Shown here: one piece after another, positions 19,727 to 28,391 of the stretch
Layout: each line of letters opens with the position of its first letter
Position numbering within the stretch: the stretch's first letter is position 1
NCBI GenBank assembly: GCA_051874735.1
Contig: JBJEGD010000040.1
Span: forward strand, 1-64,000
DNA length: 64,000 bases
Source: Candidatus Bruticola sp.
Lineage (GTDB): Bacteria > Vulcanimicrobiota > Xenobia > Xenobiales > Xenobiaceae
Direction: 5' to 3'
The notes under the pieces: generated by a model
The model's database searches: none
Told to the model about the DNA's origin: nothing
The model's input: only the letters and a program-made list of their open reading frames with translations
Translations under genes and position numbers: made by a program

Positions 19727-20800
19727 ATGCTAGACAAAAATTTTCTTAAACAGCTTACGGCAGTGCGTGGTGTCTCCGGTCACGAGAGAGAAGTTCAAGC
19801 GGTATTTTTAGGACATATCCGCCACCATGCTGCCAAGCTCCATGCCGATCTCATGGATTCTGTTTGGGGAGTGATAAATCCGGGAGCACCGAACAGGGTG
19901 CTTCTGGATTGTCATGCTGATGAAATTGGTTTTTTGATCCGCTTCATTTCTGAGGATGGTTTAGTTTATCTCCAGCCTATTGGTAGCCATAGTATAAAAA
20001 CAGCTGTATCTCAGCGTGTGGTTATAAAAAATGAGCGTAATTTCGTTTACGGGGTAATAGGTACTAAGCCTCATCATATGCAGAGCGCTGCTGAGCGTAG
20101 CGCTGTCCCTCCTATAAACGACATTTGGGTCGATATAGGAGCTAGGAACGGTGCCGAAGCTAGGCAAATGGTGAATCTGGGTGACCCGGTCAGCTACGTA
20201 TCGGAATTGACTGAATTAGGAGGGCGTAGAGTCTCTTCTCCAGCTTTAGATAATAGAGTCGGCATGTATGTAGTTGCTGAAGCTTTTGCTCGTTTGAGCA
20301 ACGGTTTAGAAAAAGTTGAGCTGACTGCTATGTCTTCTGTACAAGAAGAGATCGGCATGCGTGGAGCTGAAGCCGCTATAAGCAGAGTTAATCCTCAAAT
20401 TGCTATTGTTGTTGACGTCTGTCACACCACAGACACTCCCGGGTTGGACAAACGCTTGTTGGGCGATGTCTCTTTAGGACGCGGGCCAGTGATTGTGCGC
20501 GGTCCTAATACTAATTCCTATGTTTTCAAAAGATTGATTGATACCGCTAAAGGGTTTGGTATTCCATACCAAGTTCAGCCTTCGTCTGTGGTTACTTCAA
20601 CTGACGCTGGAGTGATTCAGGTTGCCAACGGTGGTGTAGCTGTCGGCATAATCTCTGTGCCTATTCGTTACATGCATACGCCTAACGAAGTGATGGAATG
20701 GTCCGATTTAGAAGCTGCTGTCGATCTTGCTGAGGCCTTTGTGCGCAGCTGCTCTTCAGGAATAAGTTTGGGCAGTTTTTGTGAATTATCCGTCACTTGA
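19727..20800 (+). CDS. M42 family metallo-aminopeptidase
   Basis: GVSGHE, HADEIG, LDNR, QEEIG, VDV, RYMHTP. Start set to ATG 19727. Confidence 0.9.
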   Translation: MLDKNFLKQLTAVRGVSGHEREVQAVFLGHIRHHAAKLHADLMDSVWGVINPGAPNRVLLDCHADEIGFLIRFISEDGLVYLQPIGSHSIKTAVSQRVVIKNERNFVYGVIGTKPHHMQSAAERSAVPPINDIWVDIGARNGAEARQMVNLGDPVSYVSELTELGGRRVSSPALDNRVGMYVVAEAFARLSNGLEKVELTAMSSVQEEIGMRGAEAAISRVNPQIAIVVDVCHTTDTPGLDKRLLGDVSLGRGPVIVRGPNTNSYVFKRLIDTAKGFGIPYQVQPSSVVTSTDAGVIQVANGGVAVGIISVPIRYMHTPNEVMEWSDLEAAVDLAEAFVRSCSSGISLGSFCELSVT

Positions 20801-20883
20801 AAAATAAGAGCTGCTGCGTGTAAGTCGGTCAAATTAATAATTCATTAAGTTTGTAAAAATTAAAAACCGGGAGCTTTAATTAC

Positions 20884-21555
20884 ATGTTGTACTTTATAGG
20901 TTTTATTCTTTTTGTTGCAGTTGCCGGTGTAGCTTATGCTACAATTAATACTTACAGCTATATGGGCGACGTAGAACACAACCTCGGATTTACTAAAGCT
21001 AAAACCTCTCTAGATGGTTTAAGCGTTAAGGTTGTGGGCATTCATCGCAATATTAATACTTCTATACAGGCGTTTGTTAACTTTACTCCTTGGAAGGCTA
21101 ATAGCAACCGCATAATTTTCACTTTGGGCCATCGATCTTCATTTAATGCTTTTATCACTCCGGGAGCTGGCTTAGCCGCTAAAGATCTGCAGGAGAAGCA
21201 GCGCCAGGCTAAAGAAGAATCGGCTAAGAAAGTTTGGAATCCTAAACTGACTCAGGAAGAGCGCACTATTATTGAAGAGCGTAACAAAACTCGCGGTGAT
21301 GAGGAACCTGCAGAACAGGAAGACTTGAAAATAATTACCGCTTCTGCTCGCGAGGTCGATCACTTTTTATCTTTAGAAGGGCGCAGAGAGGTGTTGGCTA
21401 ACCTTTTTCGCAGTGGTGTTGCCTCTGTGAATATTTCTCGTTCCGACGTCTCTATGGAAATAACTCATGGTAGTACAGAAGAGCTTAAGAGCGCCAATAT
21501 AGACAAAAATTTGAAAGAGTTACAGAAATTGATTGTTCAAAAGCTGGAAATTTAG
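20884..21555 (+). CDS. Membrane-anchored hypothetical protein
   Basis: ATG after GGGAG; N-terminal hydrophobic helix. Confidence 0.6.
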   Translation: MLYFIGFILFVAVAGVAYATINTYSYMGDVEHNLGFTKAKTSLDGLSVKVVGIHRNINTSIQAFVNFTPWKANSNRIIFTLGHRSSFNAFITPGAGLAAKDLQEKQRQAKEESAKKVWNPKLTQEERTIIEERNKTRGDEEPAEQEDLKIITASAREVDHFLSLEGRREVLANLFRSGVASVNISRSDVSMEITHGSTEELKSANIDKNLKELQKLIVQKLEI

Positions 21556-21581
21556 AGTATAAGAAGCTTTTTGCTAGGCCT

Positions 21582-21618
21582 AAGGCGTTCCGGCCAGCTT
21601 GGTTGGAGCGCTTTTTTG
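21582..21618 (+). terminator. Probable intrinsic terminator
   Basis: AAGGCGTTCCGGCC...GGTTGGAGCGCTT stem followed by a T-run. Confidence 0.55.
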
Positions 21619-21658
21619 TCAAAAACGGTCATTACACAGGGAGATAAAGTTAGCAGCG

Positions 21659-22777
21659 GTGAAAAATAGTTCGGCCATTAATTTAGCGAGTAAGCAGCTT
21701 AGGAGCTTGGCTTGGGTTCTGGTTTTGTTGTGGAGTTTATCTGCCGGTGTTTTTGCCCAAGATCAGCAGCCGCCGCAGAATTTTGCCCAGCCTCCTGAAA
21801 GAACTGGAGCAGAATCTACCTCTACCGAAGGAACTGTCGATACCTCCGTATTTGCTTCGCAAAATCAGTTCCTGGTAGTGTTGCTGACCGTGGCTGTATT
21901 AGCGCTCTATACGTCTGTGCGCTTATCAAAAACTGAGCAGCATATGGAAAATTTAGAAAGTGCTTTTAATAGTACTAAAAAGGGATTAGGCGGGGCTACC
22001 TACGAGTGTCTGCAGTGGGATGATCTGTTTCGTTCTATAGAAGAAGGTTTGCCCGTGCTGCCCGATTTCTGTCTGGATAGGCCGCGCTTGCTGCTCCTGG
22101 GATGCCCAGGCAATTCACTTATACCGAAGCTGAGTGAATTCTCTCGCAATAGCCGTTTAAATTTGCTGTTGAATTCTGCTTATGAAGTTTTAAGCGAACC
22201 CACTCAGAAATTGCTCGTATTTTCCAGCCGTTTGGGAGTGCGACAAATCGGTTGGGGATTGTTGTCTTTAGCTGGTCAGACCAATTTTAACGACCTCAGT
22301 AAAGCTGAGAGAGCGGAGCTGCTGAGCAGTTTAGATATAGCCGACTGGGAAAATCGCCTCTACAATTTTGCCGGAAGTAACACTACAATTAACGAACTTT
22401 ACCGCATTTCAAATAAACTGGCCGAAGATGGCTCAGATCTGACTCTTGTTCTTGATGGTTGGGATTTTCTTTTAACTAATTACGATCGTGCCGACAAAGC
22501 GAGTGGCGATTCTCAATTGGCTATTTGGCAAAAATTGGGACAAGATCTGTCAGTTTTAGCTAAGCGCGGCCATTTAGGAATTATTTTGTTGCTTGATACT
22601 GCAGATGAAGCTTGGCGTCAGCGTCTGTTTTGGGCTGCTAATTGGGCAGAAATAAGTATAAGTGAAGACGGACGCAAATGGAAAGCTGAAGGGCAGCTTA
22701 CAGATTACAACGGAAATTTGCAAAAGATTGAGGCGCAGTGGGACTGCAATCCTGAGAGTGGAGCTTTGGGGCGGTAG
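21659..22777 (+). CDS. Signal/TM-anchored protein with a degenerate DnaB/RecA-like C-terminal domain
   Basis: Signal peptide (VFA|Q) and a TM, then segments resembling the DnaB C-domain; no Walker A GKT. Start moved to GTG 21659, past the terminator. Confidence 0.5.
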   Translation: MKNSSAINLASKQLRSLAWVLVLLWSLSAGVFAQDQQPPQNFAQPPERTGAESTSTEGTVDTSVFASQNQFLVVLLTVAVLALYTSVRLSKTEQHMENLESAFNSTKKGLGGATYECLQWDDLFRSIEEGLPVLPDFCLDRPRLLLLGCPGNSLIPKLSEFSRNSRLNLLLNSAYEVLSEPTQKLLVFSSRLGVRQIGWGLLSLAGQTNFNDLSKAERAELLSSLDIADWENRLYNFAGSNTTINELYRISNKLAEDGSDLTLVLDGWDFLLTNYDRADKASGDSQLAIWQKLGQDLSVLAKRGHLGIILLLDTADEAWRQRLFWAANWAEISISEDGRKWKAEGQLTDYNGNLQKIEAQWDCNPESGALGR

Positions 22778-23853
22778 TGTGGGGACAAAATTTAGAGAAC
22801 AGCAGAATAAAGCGTTTTCGTTCTGTTTTTACTATTGTGTTGGCGGCAGTCCAAATTAGCCTGCTTTTTTACGTGTTGCTCTATTTTACAATTTTTGCCG
22901 ATGAATCTAAAACTGAGTTAGAGTACGGCGCTGACGACCATTCCTCTTACATAGCTTGTGCTGAATCGGAGCTTGTCAATACAGCTTCAGTACTTACCGG
23001 CAGCCAATTTGTCGGACGTTTTGAGCAGAATCCTTTAAGTTTTAACTTAAACTATACTGATGGAAATATGATTTGGTTTTTATTTAAGCGCGGCCAACTG
23101 CAGAATTGCCCGCTCTTAAATTGGCCTGATAAATATGTGCATGTTAAGGAAAATAACCGACGCCAGTTACAGCAGGCTGTGACTGACGGAATTATCAATT
23201 TCCTTTACGATACGGGCACATCCGTTTCTATAGGAAATGCTTGGAGCCGTTTCGTTGTAGAAACTTTAAACGGTTCTCCTTTTATGCCGTGGCAGAAAAA
23301 ACTCGATTTTATAATAGTTTCCAATATTAATCTAAGGGGGGGATTCAATTTTATAAATAACTTGAACAAAAATATAGTATATCTTTGCGCTAACACCGAT
23401 GTTGAGGATTTCTGTAATCATACATCTTTGTACGTTAAAGATGAACCTCAGATTATCTCCGTTCCCCCAGGCGTGCACCAGCTTTTTCTAGGAGTTTGGG
23501 CGGTTGTCGTGCCAAATGAGGAAAAATTGTTCGATTTAAATTTGCTAGTGCGTCGTCTAGATAATAGTTTAGTGTTGTTTTGCGGAGCTGGTAGCGGCAG
23601 TTTTAGAGAAAATTTTCGTATAATTGAAGAAGAACTTCATGAAGTTCCCTCTTTACTGATCGTTAATTTCGATGAGAAAGTTTGGGAAAGCGGTACGCAT
23701 ACAAATAGTACATTAAAGCAGTTTGCTACGGATTATAAGCATCTTGAAGTTAAGATGTGCGGGGGAGTTAGTTTCTCTGAGTATGAAATTCTGCGCGATG
23801 CCTTTGGAGACAGAGTATCATGCAGTAAATTAGGCGAGAGGATCTCTCTATGA
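22777..23853 (+). CDS. Membrane-anchored degenerate metallo-beta-lactamase-fold protein
   Basis: FLYDTG, KLDFIIVS, LVLFCG and FGDRV...LGERI resemble MJ0448-type MBL proteins; HxHxDH is absent. Confidence 0.5.
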   Translation: MWGQNLENSRIKRFRSVFTIVLAAVQISLLFYVLLYFTIFADESKTELEYGADDHSSYIACAESELVNTASVLTGSQFVGRFEQNPLSFNLNYTDGNMIWFLFKRGQLQNCPLLNWPDKYVHVKENNRRQLQQAVTDGIINFLYDTGTSVSIGNAWSRFVVETLNGSPFMPWQKKLDFIIVSNINLRGGFNFINNLNKNIVYLCANTDVEDFCNHTSLYVKDEPQIISVPPGVHQLFLGVWAVVVPNEEKLFDLNLLVRRLDNSLVLFCGAGSGSFRENFRIIEEELHEVPSLLIVNFDEKVWESGTHTNSTLKQFATDYKHLEVKMCGGVSFSEYEILRDAFGDRVSCSKLGERISL

Positions 23854-25883
23854 GCGGAAACAAGAGCAAAATACATTGGCTTAGCGGCCTTTTTGTGCTA
23901 CTCAGCTTTGCAGCCTTTGTTTTTACAATATTTGGCGGTTTTAATTTCCCTTATGCTCAGGAGTATGCTGGCAGCCCTGGCAGCGAGTTGGAAGGCTGGA
24001 TTTGGCGCTATTGGTGGGCTAAAAAGATGGTCTCCACCGCCTTTTACTGCGGCGCTTCTTTTCGATATCTGTTTTGGTTAATATCGGTGGCCGGCTCTTA
24101 TCCTGAAACTGGCAATTTGTTCGATCTTTTCGTTTTCTCCTGGCCTTTAGAGACTATTTTTGGGGCTCCTTTATACTTTAATGTTAAGGTTTTTCTGATT
24201 TTTCTACTTAACGGATGCTGTGGCTATCTGCTCGGCTATTCTTTTTTTAAGAACAGGGCTGCCGCTTGGTTGAGCGGAGCCATTTTTATTTTCTCCCCAT
24301 ACTGTCTCGTTGAGTTGAGTAGCGGACGTATACGTCAAACTATAATTTTCCCTATGATCCTTTACTGTCTATCTTTGGTAAAGCTGTACCGTCGTCCCAG
24401 TTTGCTATGGTTGGTCTCGACCGGATTTTGGGGAGGTTTTTCCACTTTAATATATCTGTTTTACGGCCAGTCGCTTTTAATTTTTACCGTTATTTATCTG
24501 GTGTGGAATTTAGTTAGTAAAACTGAAGGCCAGTTTACCAAACAACGTTTTTACTATTTGGTTGGCGCCTGTCTGTTGACAATTATTATTGCTGCTCCTT
24601 CTGGTTTATCTTATGCCGCTACGCTTTTTAGAGGCAACAGTCTGCCTGAGCTGGTTCTGTTTACCGATTTTCCCCCACTTAACGTACTTATTTCTCCTCA
24701 GTCGGAGAGAATTTTGCAGCAAAATGATCCGCTGTTGACTTCTTTTCAGCGCTTTCGCTTTGATTCTCTGCCTTGGCAATATCCTTTTAGTTTGAGTTTT
24801 TCCCGATGTCTGCCGTTAATGGTAACCCTGCTCAGTTTAGCAGCTTGTCCGTTGCTTTGGTGGGCCCAATATTGGTTTGAGCTTAAGTCTAGTGTCATTG
24901 TTAAGCCGGAAGAAGCGGCCAATCCAGATGAAGCCTCTGCAGAGCAGGAGACTGTTAAGCAGAAAGCTGCTGCTAATATAGACGCCCAAGCAGATGAGGA
25001 GCCATTTTCTTGTCTTACGGCTGTTCCTTGGGTTATAAGTTTGGGGCTTTTTTATTCTTTAACTTTGGGTCCTTATCTGTTAGATATCAACAGCGGAGAC
25101 TATGTTAATAAGCTTGGAGGTGGCATAGGCACTCCTTATCTTATATTTTTCAAGTATTTGCCAGCTTTTGCGCGTCTCTTTTCGCCAGTTCGTATGAGTG
25201 CAATGCTGCTGATTGCCGCTTCGGTACTTTGTGGTGCGGCTGTTAGCGCCTTGTACAGATTTCATAAAAGAGCATTAGTAAATTGGCTTATAGCTATAAC
25301 GGCTGTGGGAATTATCGGCTACGAAACTTTCTATTGCCAAGCGGCGCCTCTGTCTAGTTTCAGTATATATCATCCTGCCTGCTACTCTCGATTAGCTAAA
25401 AAACCAGGTCTTTTTATAGTCGCTGAAGTGCCTATCCGCACTGGAGATTATCTGCAGTACTATCAGATACTGCATGGCAAGCGTCTGATGTTCGGTTGGG
25501 CTGATGCAGCTATTCCGCCTAAATTTCCTAAATCTGATTTGCAGTTGTTTACTAGAACTATTACTAATTTGGCTGAAAACAGTTTTCTTAAGTTTATTGA
25601 ACAGCTCAATGTCGATCCCAGTGCTGATATAATCTTTGATTATAACGATTATAAAACTTTAGTTAATGAAGGATTATTGTATATTATTGTCCACGAACGC
25701 AGCTGCTGGCAGATCGATCCCGTATATGGCAAGGAGTTCTATGAAAGATATTGCGATACGATGGAGAGACTTTTCGGCCCACCTTGCGATCAGGGTACAG
25801 AAAAGACTATGGAGATGAATAAACATCAGTCGTATGAGTACTCTATTTCCATATATAGAATAGACAAACTTAAAATTCCTTAG
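23850..25883 (+). CDS. Polytopic membrane protein, probable GT-C fold glycosyltransferase
   Basis: Many TM helices, AAAWLSGAIFIFSPY, LFSPVRM, C-terminal soluble domain with QYYQILHGK; adjacent to a GT2 gene. Confidence 0.6.
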   Translation: MSGNKSKIHWLSGLFVLLSFAAFVFTIFGGFNFPYAQEYAGSPGSELEGWIWRYWWAKKMVSTAFYCGASFRYLFWLISVAGSYPETGNLFDLFVFSWPLETIFGAPLYFNVKVFLIFLLNGCCGYLLGYSFFKNRAAAWLSGAIFIFSPYCLVELSSGRIRQTIIFPMILYCLSLVKLYRRPSLLWLVSTGFWGGFSTLIYLFYGQSLLIFTVIYLVWNLVSKTEGQFTKQRFYYLVGACLLTIIIAAPSGLSYAATLFRGNSLPELVLFTDFPPLNVLISPQSERILQQNDPLLTSFQRFRFDSLPWQYPFSLSFSRCLPLMVTLLSLAACPLLWWAQYWFELKSSVIVKPEEAANPDEASAEQETVKQKAAANIDAQADEEPFSCLTAVPWVISLGLFYSLTLGPYLLDINSGDYVNKLGGGIGTPYLIFFKYLPAFARLFSPVRMSAMLLIAASVLCGAAVSALYRFHKRALVNWLIAITAVGIIGYETFYCQAAPLSSFSIYHPACYSRLAKKPGLFIVAEVPIRTGDYLQYYQILHGKRLMFGWADAAIPPKFPKSDLQLFTRTITNLAENSFLKFIEQLNVDPSADIIFDYNDYKTLVNEGLLYIIVHERSCWQIDPVYGKEFYERYCDTMERLFGPPCDQGTEKTMEMNKHQSYEYSISIYRIDKLKIP

Positions 25884-25985
25884 CTTTCATAATGTACCGT
25901 TAAGGTATAAAAATTGGGGCAGGGCCGGGAGCGTGCCGTCGCGTAATGGCTCTATAGTGCATAATAGGAAGTAGTGTATATCGAC

Positions 25986-26702
25986 ATGAGCAGGGCATTA
26001 ATTATTCTGACTTACAACGAAATAGAAGGCTCTAAGGCCCTTTGGGAGCGTCTGCCTTTGCGCGATTTTGACGAAGTTTTGGTGGTAGATGGCGGTTCTT
26101 CAGATGGCACGGTAGAATTTTACCAAGAACATAATATAAAAGTCGTCGGCCAAGAAGTGCGCGGTCGAGGAGAGGCTTTTCGTGTAGGAGTACGCAACAC
26201 ATCGTCTTCTCTATTGGTGTTTTACTCTCCCGATGGGAACGAAGATCCTGCGGATATTGTTAAGCTATGTCTCTGCATAGAAAGTGGGGAGGCAGATATA
26301 GCTATTGCATCTCGTTTTATGAAGACGAGTCGCAATGAAGAAGATGATCAGCTGTTCCGTTTTCGAGCTTGGGTCAACAGAGCTTTTACTTTTATTGCTA
26401 ACACTCTTTTTAACAAAGGTGCCTATGTTACCGACACTATTAACGGATTCAGAGCGGTGCGCCGCTGTGCCTTTGAAATGCTTAATTTAGATGAGTGCGG
26501 TTTCCCCATTGAATATCAAATGAGTATTCGAGCTATGAAAAAAGCGCTGCGCATAGTAGAAATTTCCACTGTAGAGGGAGATCGCCTGGGAGGAGAGTCT
26601 AAGTGCTTGTCTTTTCCGGTAGGTTGGGGACACGTTAAAGTGCTAGGACGCGAAATTATGAACAGTCTTAGCGAATATTTAACTAAAAATTTTATGAAGT
26701 AG
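25986..26702 (+). CDS. GT2 glycosyltransferase (polyprenyl-phosphate sugar synthase, DPM1-like)
   Basis: LTYNE, VVDGGSSDGT, GRGEA, IASRF, VTDTINGFRA. Confidence 0.88.
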   Translation: MSRALIILTYNEIEGSKALWERLPLRDFDEVLVVDGGSSDGTVEFYQEHNIKVVGQEVRGRGEAFRVGVRNTSSSLLVFYSPDGNEDPADIVKLCLCIESGEADIAIASRFMKTSRNEEDDQLFRFRAWVNRAFTFIANTLFNKGAYVTDTINGFRAVRRCAFEMLNLDECGFPIEYQMSIRAMKKALRIVEISTVEGDRLGGESKCLSFPVGWGHVKVLGREIMNSLSEYLTKNFMK

Positions 26703-26717
26703 GCTCAGGCTAAAATA

Positions 26718-27362
26718 ATGATTTCTTTTATTGAGGGATTATGTGTTTACAGCGGTCAAGGCCGAGTTGTTTTAGAAGTTGGCGGTATCGGTTGTGAAAT
26801 TTTTGTTTCTGAACCTTTGGCTGCCAGATGTGCTGTAGATAAATACTATCGCCTGCAGACTTTAATGGTTGTGCGCGATAATGAAATCTTTTTAGTAGGT
26901 TTTTCTTCGCCTTTAGAACGTGAATTTTATAAATTGCTTACTTCCATTTCTGGTATTGGTTCTAAAGCTGCTCTCAAAATTTTGAGTCAGCTTACTCCAG
27001 CCGATTTAGCTTCCTGTATTTTGGCCGATGACAGCAAATCTTTAGTTAAAGTACCAGGCATAGGAGCAAAAACATCTAAGCGCATAATTTTAGAGCTCAA
27101 AGAAAAAATTGAAGAAATGGTTAAAAGTGCTGCTCTAGTTTTAGATGCTTCTGCCCCGCGCGAAGCCGAACAGGCGGAGAGCAAGAGTGCTGAAAGCGCA
27201 CTTCCTGGTCCTGCTTTAGAAGCCGTCTCGGTGCTAATGGGATTAGGCTGTTCCAAAGAAGAAGCTGAAAATGCCGTTAGAGCTGCTTTAAAACATGGGG
27301 CTGAGGCTGATTCCTCCAATTTAGTTATGGCGGCAGTAAGTGAGTTGGGAGGCGTAGAGTAA
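26718..27362 (+). CDS. ruvA: Holliday junction branch migration protein RuvA
   Basis: MISFIEG, SISGIGSKAAL, VPGIGAKTSKRIILELK, C-terminal LMGLG domain. Confidence 0.95.
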   Translation: MISFIEGLCVYSGQGRVVLEVGGIGCEIFVSEPLAARCAVDKYYRLQTLMVVRDNEIFLVGFSSPLEREFYKLLTSISGIGSKAALKILSQLTPADLASCILADDSKSLVKVPGIGAKTSKRIILELKEKIEEMVKSAALVLDASAPREAEQAESKSAESALPGPALEAVSVLMGLGCSKEEAENAVRAALKHGAEADSSNLVMAAVSELGGVE

Positions 27363-27365
27363 ATT

Positions 27366-28391
27366 ATGTTTGGTTTGCCTCGCCGTCAGTTGTCTCCACG
27401 TCAGGTTTCTGCTGAGGAGAGTGAAAGTGAAAAGAGCCTGCGCCCTCATAATATCTCTGAATATGTGGGACAAACTGATATAGTTGATAATCTGCGCGTT
27501 TTTATTAAAGCTGCTAAGCAGCGGCGCGAGCCCCTCGATCATATCTTACTGTCTGGGCCGCCCGGATTAGGTAAAACGACCTTGGCCCAATTAGTCGCTT
27601 CTGAAATGGGGGTGGAAATGCGCACCGCTTCTGGCCCCGCCATTTCGCGTCCTATCGATCTTTTGGTGCTCCTGCATGGGCTCAAACCGCGTCAAGTATT
27701 ATTTATAGACGAAATACATCGTCTATCTCATGTCGTTGAAGAGATTCTTTATCCAGTTATGGAAGATCTTTCTTTCGATCGTATCATCAGCAAGGGTAAC
27801 GCTAAAGGAGCTGTTCAGCATCGCGTAGCTCCCTTTACTTTAGTTGGAGCTACTACCAGGTCTGGAGCTCTGTCGTCTCCTTTACGCTCTCGTTTCGGCA
27901 TACTGATGCAGCTCAATTTTTATAAACCTGCTGAATTGGCTAAAATAGTCAGTCGTTCAGCTTCTCTGCTCAATATAAATATAAACGAAGGAGGCAGTTT
28001 AGAAATAGCCCGTCGCTGTAGGGGAACTCCTCGTATTGCCAACAGACTTATAAAGAGGGTGCGCGATTTTGCCCAGGTTGATGGCGCCGATATTATTACC
28101 GCGGAGTTAGCTGCATCAGCTTTGGAGCGTATGTCCATCGATTCATGCGGACTAGATTCTGTAGACAGGCGCATTCTTGATATTCTTATCAATACATATA
28201 AAGGCCAACCTGTCGGTTTGGCTACTTTGGCGGCAGCTGTAGGTGAAGAGCCGGAAAACTTAGAAGACGTCTATGAGCCTTATCTGTTAGCTTCCGGCTT
28301 TTTGTTAAAAACACCTCGCGGACGTGTAGCCGGCCCCAAAGCTTACGAGCATTTAGGTTTGGAGCCGCCTGGGCAATCGAGTATAGATTAA
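27366..28391 (+). CDS. ruvB: Holliday junction branch migration helicase RuvB
   Basis: LRP, GPPGLGKTT, FIDEIHRL, GATTR, RGTPRIANRL, YEPYL, TPRGR. Confidence 0.97.
   Translation: MFGLPRRQLSPRQVSAEESESEKSLRPHNISEYVGQTDIVDNLRVFIKAAKQRREPLDHILLSGPPGLGKTTLAQLVASEMGVEMRTASGPAISRPIDLLVLLHGLKPRQVLFIDEIHRLSHVVEEILYPVMEDLSFDRIISKGNAKGAVQHRVAPFTLVGATTRSGALSSPLRSRFGILMQLNFYKPAELAKIVSRSASLLNININEGGSLEIARRCRGTPRIANRLIKRVRDFAQVDGADIITAELAASALERMSIDSCGLDSVDRRILDILINTYKGQPVGLATLAAAVGEEPENLEDVYEPYLLASGFLLKTPRGRVAGPKAYEHLGLEPPGQSSID

Noticed and set aside
28388-28391. Overlapping stop codons of convergent genes (also at 35125-35128)
   Set aside because: Common in compact genomes; no further signal.
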